This document shows, one piece after another, positions 8,007 to 11,447 of a stretch of 11,447 nucleotides of DNA. A program made the translations under genes and the position numbers. This stretch comes from Candidatus Sysuimicrobiota bacterium. GTDB lineage: Bacteria; Sysuimicrobiota; Sysuimicrobiia; Sysuimicrobiales; Sysuimicrobiaceae. The notes below the pieces were generated by a model that was not told the origin of the DNA, did no database searches, and saw nothing but the letters and a program-made list of their open reading frames with translations. Position 1 is the stretch's first letter. The number at the start of each line of letters is the position of its first letter. The stretch lies in assembly GCA_040289515.1 (NCBI GenBank), contig PSLI01000050.1, positions 1 through 11,447 of the forward strand, read 5' to 3'.

Positions 8007-8971
8007 GCGTACACCGCCTCCAGCAATGCAGCGGGATCCGGTTCGGGGCTTGCCTCAGCGAACCGCACGGCCTCTTCTACCTGCTCCCGTACCTCCCTCA
8101 CAAGCCGTTCGTACTCCCCTCCACCAAAAACCCCACTGCTCTCCAACAGTCGTCGCAGCTGCTCGATCGGATCCCTCGCCCGCCAGCGCTGCACCTCTTC
8201 CCTGCTCCGGTACCGCTGTCGGTCGCTTTTGCTGTGACCGCGATACCGATACGTTACACACTCGAGAAGGGTCGGCCCATGGCCCTGCCGCGCTCTCGCT
8301 ACAGCCTCCTGTGCAGCCGCAAAGACCGCCAGGACATCCATCCCGTCCACGGTCCGTCCGGGAATACCGTAAGCACACGCCCGATCCGCAATCCGCTCTA
8401 CCCGCATGGATTGCCGCACCGGCATAGACATGGCGTATTGATTGTTTTCACAGACGAACACCACCGGCAACTCCCAGATGCTGGCCAGGTTGAGAGACTC
8501 GTGAAAAGCGCCTTCGTTCGCGGCACCGTCCCCGAAAAAGGCTACGCAAACTTGCCCGGTCCGTCGTATCTGGATGGACAGTCCGACGCCGGCCGCGATG
8601 GGCAAACCGCCTGCCACGATACCATTTGCACCCAGGTTGCCACTCTCAAGATCCGCAATATGCATGCTTCCGCCCCTGCCGCGGCAGTAGCCGGTCTCCT
8701 TACCCAAAAACTCCGCCATCATGCGCCGCACGTCCGCTCCCTTCGCCAGGCAGTGGCCATGTCCGCGATGTGTGCTCAGAATGTAATCGTCCGGGCGCAA
8801 AGCCTCACATATCCCCACGGCCACCGCTTCCTGCCCGATGCTCAGGTGCATGGTCCCATGCACAAGCCCCGCACCGTAAAGCTCCTCCGCCTTTTCCTCA
8901 AACGCCCGGATGAGCAGCATGGTCCGCAGCATGGCCCGCAGCCGCTCAGCCGGCAGTGCCTCTACCATCAC
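8003..8971 (-). CDS. ThDP-dependent dehydrogenase E1 alpha subunit (PdhA/AcoA family)
   Basis: [27 protein letters not shown], ThDP-binding motif GDGAANEG...ENN, active-site loop [21 protein letters not shown]; start is GTG 8971 or ATG 8968. Confidence 0.96.
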   Translation of the reverse strand: MMVEALPAERLRAMLRTMLLIRAFEEKAEELYGAGLVHGTMHLSIGQEAVAVGICEALRPDDYILSTHRGHGHCLAKGADVRRMMAEFLGKETGYCRGRGGSMHIADLESGNLGANGIVAGGLPIAAGVGLSIQIRRTGQVCVAFFGDGAANEGAFHESLNLASIWELPVVFVCENNQYAMSMPVRQSMRVERIADRACAYGIPGRTVDGMDVLAVFAAAQEAVARARQGHGPTLLECVTYRYRGHSKSDRQRYRSREEVQRWRARDPIEQLRRLLESSGVFGGGEYERLVREVREQVEEAVRFAEASPEPDPAALLEAVYA

Positions 8972-9939
8972 CGTCCCACCTCCAGCTCGGACCTAGCCCT
9001 CTTCAGGATCGTTCGCGCCACAAGGTGATCCGTGACCAGCACGTCTATCAGTCCCCCGTGGAGAAGCCCCAGGATGGCTTCCGCCTTTTCCAGTCCGCCC
9101 GCCACGGCAACAACCGTTGGGATCCGCCGCAGATCCTCCAACTGCACGGCGACAATGCGCCGCTGTAGAAGATCGTCCACGGGCAGCCCGTCGAGCGTGT
9201 ACGGGCGTGTGCACACATCCCCTACGGCTCCCCGTTGCCGCAACCCGGCCAGCTCCTGCGCGGAAAAATAGCCACTTTGCACCAGCGTGGAGGAGGGGAC
9301 GAGTGCTCCCACTCCCACCAGCGCTACCTGGGCACGCCGCGCCAAGTCCAGAACACGTCGGATGCCGGGATCCGAGTACAACGCCTCCTGCACCTCGGGG
9401 CTCGCGACGACTGCGGGAGCGTGCAGGAAGTGGGCCCGCCCCTGGTGGACCTGCGCAAGCCGGCGGGCCAAGTCATTGGCGTGCACACCTGGCGCCACTT
9501 GACCTACCCCACCTACCAGGGGCACGGTCGTGGTGCGTAGCGCTCGGTGTCGAACGTGCTGGACCACCTCGTTCAGCGTGGTGCCCCAGGAAATCCCCAC
9601 CACTTCCCCACCCTTGAGGCAGCGATCCAAGTACCGTGCCCCCGCCTGCCCGAGCGCCCGCCGCGTCAAGCTCGGAGACTCGCTGTGGCCAGTGACTACA
9701 ATGGCCTCCCGCAGCCTAAACCGCTCCTCCAGCTCCCACGCAAGCTCGTGATGGGATCCCTCCGGGGGGTTGACCTCGATCCGAACGATGCCCTCCGTCC
9801 GCGCCCGCTGGAGCAGACGCGATACCGTCGGACGTGAAAGCCCGAGCCGCTCCGCGATCTCCTGTTGCGTAAGGTCCCGCAGGTAGTACAGGTCTGCGAG
9901 CCTCGCCATCAGCTGCCGGTCGTCCTCCCTCGGCGTCAC
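8968..9939 (-). CDS. SorC/DeoR(Bacillus)/LsrR-family sugar-binding transcriptional regulator
   Basis: N-terminal [39 protein letters not shown]. Sugar-binding domain with [40 protein letters not shown] and DVLVTD. GGAG RBS and GTGA overlap with the upstream stop. Confidence 0.95.
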   Translation of the reverse strand: MTPREDDRQLMARLADLYYLRDLTQQEIAERLGLSRPTVSRLLQRARTEGIVRIEVNPPEGSHHELAWELEERFRLREAIVVTGHSESPSLTRRALGQAGARYLDRCLKGGEVVGISWGTTLNEVVQHVRHRALRTTTVPLVGGVGQVAPGVHANDLARRLAQVHQGRAHFLHAPAVVASPEVQEALYSDPGIRRVLDLARRAQVALVGVGALVPSSTLVQSGYFSAQELAGLRQRGAVGDVCTRPYTLDGLPVDDLLQRRIVAVQLEDLRRIPTVVAVAGGLEKAEAILGLLHGGLIDVLVTDHLVARTILKRARSELEVGR

Positions 9940-11222
9940 ACCAGAACTCCAGAAAGTACGAGTACGTCCTGCAACCGCCTGAGCTGAACCACTATGCTCT
10001 CCTCGTTCAGCTGCACGTCGTCGTAGGTCAGCACTTCTCCCTTGCGGATTTCTCTTCGAGTCCGCGCACCGCTCACGATCCCTATCGGGACCGCTCCTGC
10101 GGCACGTGCTCGCTCCGCTTCATCTGCCAGCCCGTACACGGTCTCCCCCCCGATTCCGTCCAGCTCTTCTCCCGAGGCCAGGTCGCGCTTAGCGACAGCC
10201 ACGCACTCCACAAGGGGCGCACCCTGTGCCTGCATGGTCACCTCACCGTCGAGAACGGCCCGCGCGACCGACAGGGGCACTTCCAGATTGGCCAGGTGGA
10301 ACGGCCGGTACAAGGCGTAATACGGCCCCGAGCCCATCCGCAGGTACTCCAGGTCCCGACGGATGCTCTCGTCATCCGCCCGGACGACCACGAACACCCC
10401 CGGCGCTACATTTCCGATGGCATAGTCCACTACGCCCCGGCGGGTCAAAATTCCACCGTTCGCCTCCGGCACGAAGACCCGTACCAGCTCGTCCCGGCTC
10501 ACCACCGGGCCGTGCATGCCGGCGCAGTCCACCGTAAGGCCCGTCGCGTTTCCCAGCGCAGCCATTTCCATCATGGTCTTGGTGCCATCCACGAAAGCTG
10601 CGAGCATACGAGGGCTCATCCCCCATCGGGCCGCCTCCGAGGACACGGTCGCCGGCGTCGCGTCGCGATCCAGACGGTTGTTCTTCCCTTTCCCGGCGCA
10701 AACCACTTCCAACCCCATCGCCCGCGTGAAGTCTACCATTTCGCACAGGACCGCGGGCTCGTCCCCCAGCCCGACCGTGTACGCCGTCTCCGCGGCTCGA
10801 AACAGGTAAGCTAGGATCGGTCCCACGGTGGCGTCCAACTCGACGTTCATCGTTACGAGCGTCTTGCGTTCCCGCAACGTCAACAGCGCGATCCGGCACC
10901 CGCCCTCGGGGTCACCCGTGGCCTCCACAACCGCCTGCGCCGCGCTCACGACCACCGAAGGCTCCGAAGCCAGCGCCACTCTCCCGTCCTCCACCACTCT
11001 CCAGGCCTCATCCGTGCTCTGTACAAACTCTCCCACTAATCCCGTAGCGTTTACCGCTTCCCAGGCTCGCTGTGGCACCCGGTCGCAAACCGCGACCACT
11101 CGCACCCCCGGCAGACGCGTCAGCTGTCTAATCACACCACTTCCCATCTGGCCGGCCCCCACCACCGCCACTCGAATCGGCCGGCCCTGCCGATCCAGCG
11201 CACGCAACCGGCTGAGAATCAT
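9936..11222 (-). CDS. NAD(P)-dependent oxidoreductase with C-terminal SAF domain (COG4091, 'predicted homoserine dehydrogenase'-like; function unknown)
   Basis: Rossmann motif VAVVGAGQMG; NVELDATVGP, GDEP, AGKGKNN, FVDGTKTMMEMAALGNATGL and YRPFHL segments; SAF-type C-terminus VAVAKRDL..GEELDGIGG...PIG...IRKGEVLTYDDV. GGAAGG lies ~10 nt upstream of the ATG. Confidence 0.88.
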   Translation of the reverse strand: MILSRLRALDRQGRPIRVAVVGAGQMGSGVIRQLTRLPGVRVVAVCDRVPQRAWEAVNATGLVGEFVQSTDEAWRVVEDGRVALASEPSVVVSAAQAVVEATGDPEGGCRIALLTLRERKTLVTMNVELDATVGPILAYLFRAAETAYTVGLGDEPAVLCEMVDFTRAMGLEVVCAGKGKNNRLDRDATPATVSSEAARWGMSPRMLAAFVDGTKTMMEMAALGNATGLTVDCAGMHGPVVSRDELVRVFVPEANGGILTRRGVVDYAIGNVAPGVFVVVRADDESIRRDLEYLRMGSGPYYALYRPFHLANLEVPLSVARAVLDGEVTMQAQGAPLVECVAVAKRDLASGEELDGIGGETVYGLADEAERARAAGAVPIGIVSGARTRREIRKGEVLTYDDVQLNEESIVVQLRRLQDVLVLSGVLV

Positions 11223-11255
11223 ACTCGCAGACCTTCCCGGCTGTTCTTGTCCGTC

Positions 11256-11291
11256 ATGTTGAACATTTGTTCAGCGCTGAAATAATGTTGC
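11256..11291. promoter_or_regulatory. Probable operator of the operon's SorC/DeoR-family repressor (tandem palindromic boxes)
   Basis: Perfect inverted repeat TGAACA-TT-TGTTCA at 11260-11273 and a degenerate copy TGAAAT-AA-TGTTGC at 11278-11291. This is an AT-rich island in a GC-rich window, beginning ~38 bp upstream of the first gene. Assignment to this regulator is inference. Confidence 0.65.
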
Positions 11292-11352
11292 TTCGCGAGT
11301 AGGTTCATGGGTGCTGTCACGGAACGCAAGGGGATCACATGTTCGCCTTAAC

Positions 11353-11447
11353 TGGACTTGGCCCGGTTTCGTGAAGCAGGCGGAGCGGGACGCGGGGCTG
11401 CGTAGCGACGGGCTGACCACGGCGGAGCGGGAGGAGCTGCGGCGGGA
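11353..11447 (+). mobile_element. IS3-family insertion sequence remnant (putative left IR joined to a mid-orfA fragment; runs off the window)
   Basis: 11371-11447 reads VKQAERDAGLRSDGLTTAEREELRR, matching the W-V-x-Q-A-E-x-D-x-G...LTT-x-EREEL-x-x segment of IS3/IS51-group OrfA. It is preceded by TGGACTTGGCCCGGTTTCGTG, which resembles TG-starting IS51-group terminal repeats. The OrfA HTH is missing, and base skew flips to G-rich here. Confidence 0.7.

Noticed and set aside
5948..8971. Assigning pdhABC or acoABC symbols
   Set aside because: The family is clear but the substrate is not. The sugar-catabolic context, missing E3 and atypical loop argue against a confident housekeeping call.
9936..11222. 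Calling this gene hom (homoserine dehydrogenase)
   Set aside because: It has a SAF rather than ACT C-terminus and no thr/met context. The label is a family-level prediction only.
127..11262. Many alternative-frame and antisense ORFs of 60-264 aa (e.g. 8234-9028 +, 7485-8237 +, 2626-3408 -, 5398-6018 -)
   Set aside because: They lie within well-supported genes, are Arg/Pro/Gly-rich with no motifs, and are expected shadow ORFs in high-GC DNA.
11293..11350. Sigma70-type promoter for the operon (e.g. minus-strand TTGCGT or GTGACA as -35)
   Set aside because: No acceptable -10 hexamer at 16-18 bp spacing, so it cannot be supported by eye.
1..11447. CRISPR arrays, tRNA/rRNA, riboswitches (including a TPP riboswitch) and intrinsic terminators
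   Set aside because: I saw no spaced direct repeats, RNA-gene signatures, TPP aptamer core in the leader, or hairpin plus U-tract. Nearly all of the window is coding.

Overview
High-GC bacterial DNA dominated by one tightly packed minus-strand operon of nine genes (11222->878). In transcription order: a COG4091-type NAD(P)-dependent oxidoreductase with a C-terminal SAF domain; a SorC/DeoR-type sugar-binding repressor; E1alpha, E1beta and a compact E2 of a ThDP/lipoyl-dependent (acetoin/pyruvate-dehydrogenase-like) complex with no E3; a xylose-isomerase-like TIM-barrel enzyme fused to an N-terminal Cys4 zinc-ribbon domain; and an FbpABC/AfuABC-type ABC importer whose binding protein lacks the Fe3+ tyrosine pair. 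A HAD phosphatase on the + strand converges on the operon end and overlaps it by 49 bp. The AT-rich leader holds tandem TGAACA-N2-TGTTCA-type palindromes (probable operator). The last ~95 bp look like an internally deleted IS3-family remnant. My best reading (inference) is an uncharacterised catabolic pathway for an imported, probably phosphorylated or otherwise anionic sugar/polyol, with oxidative C-C cleavage by a dedicated ThDP/lipoyl complex. Family assignments come from motifs read by eye; no searches were run.
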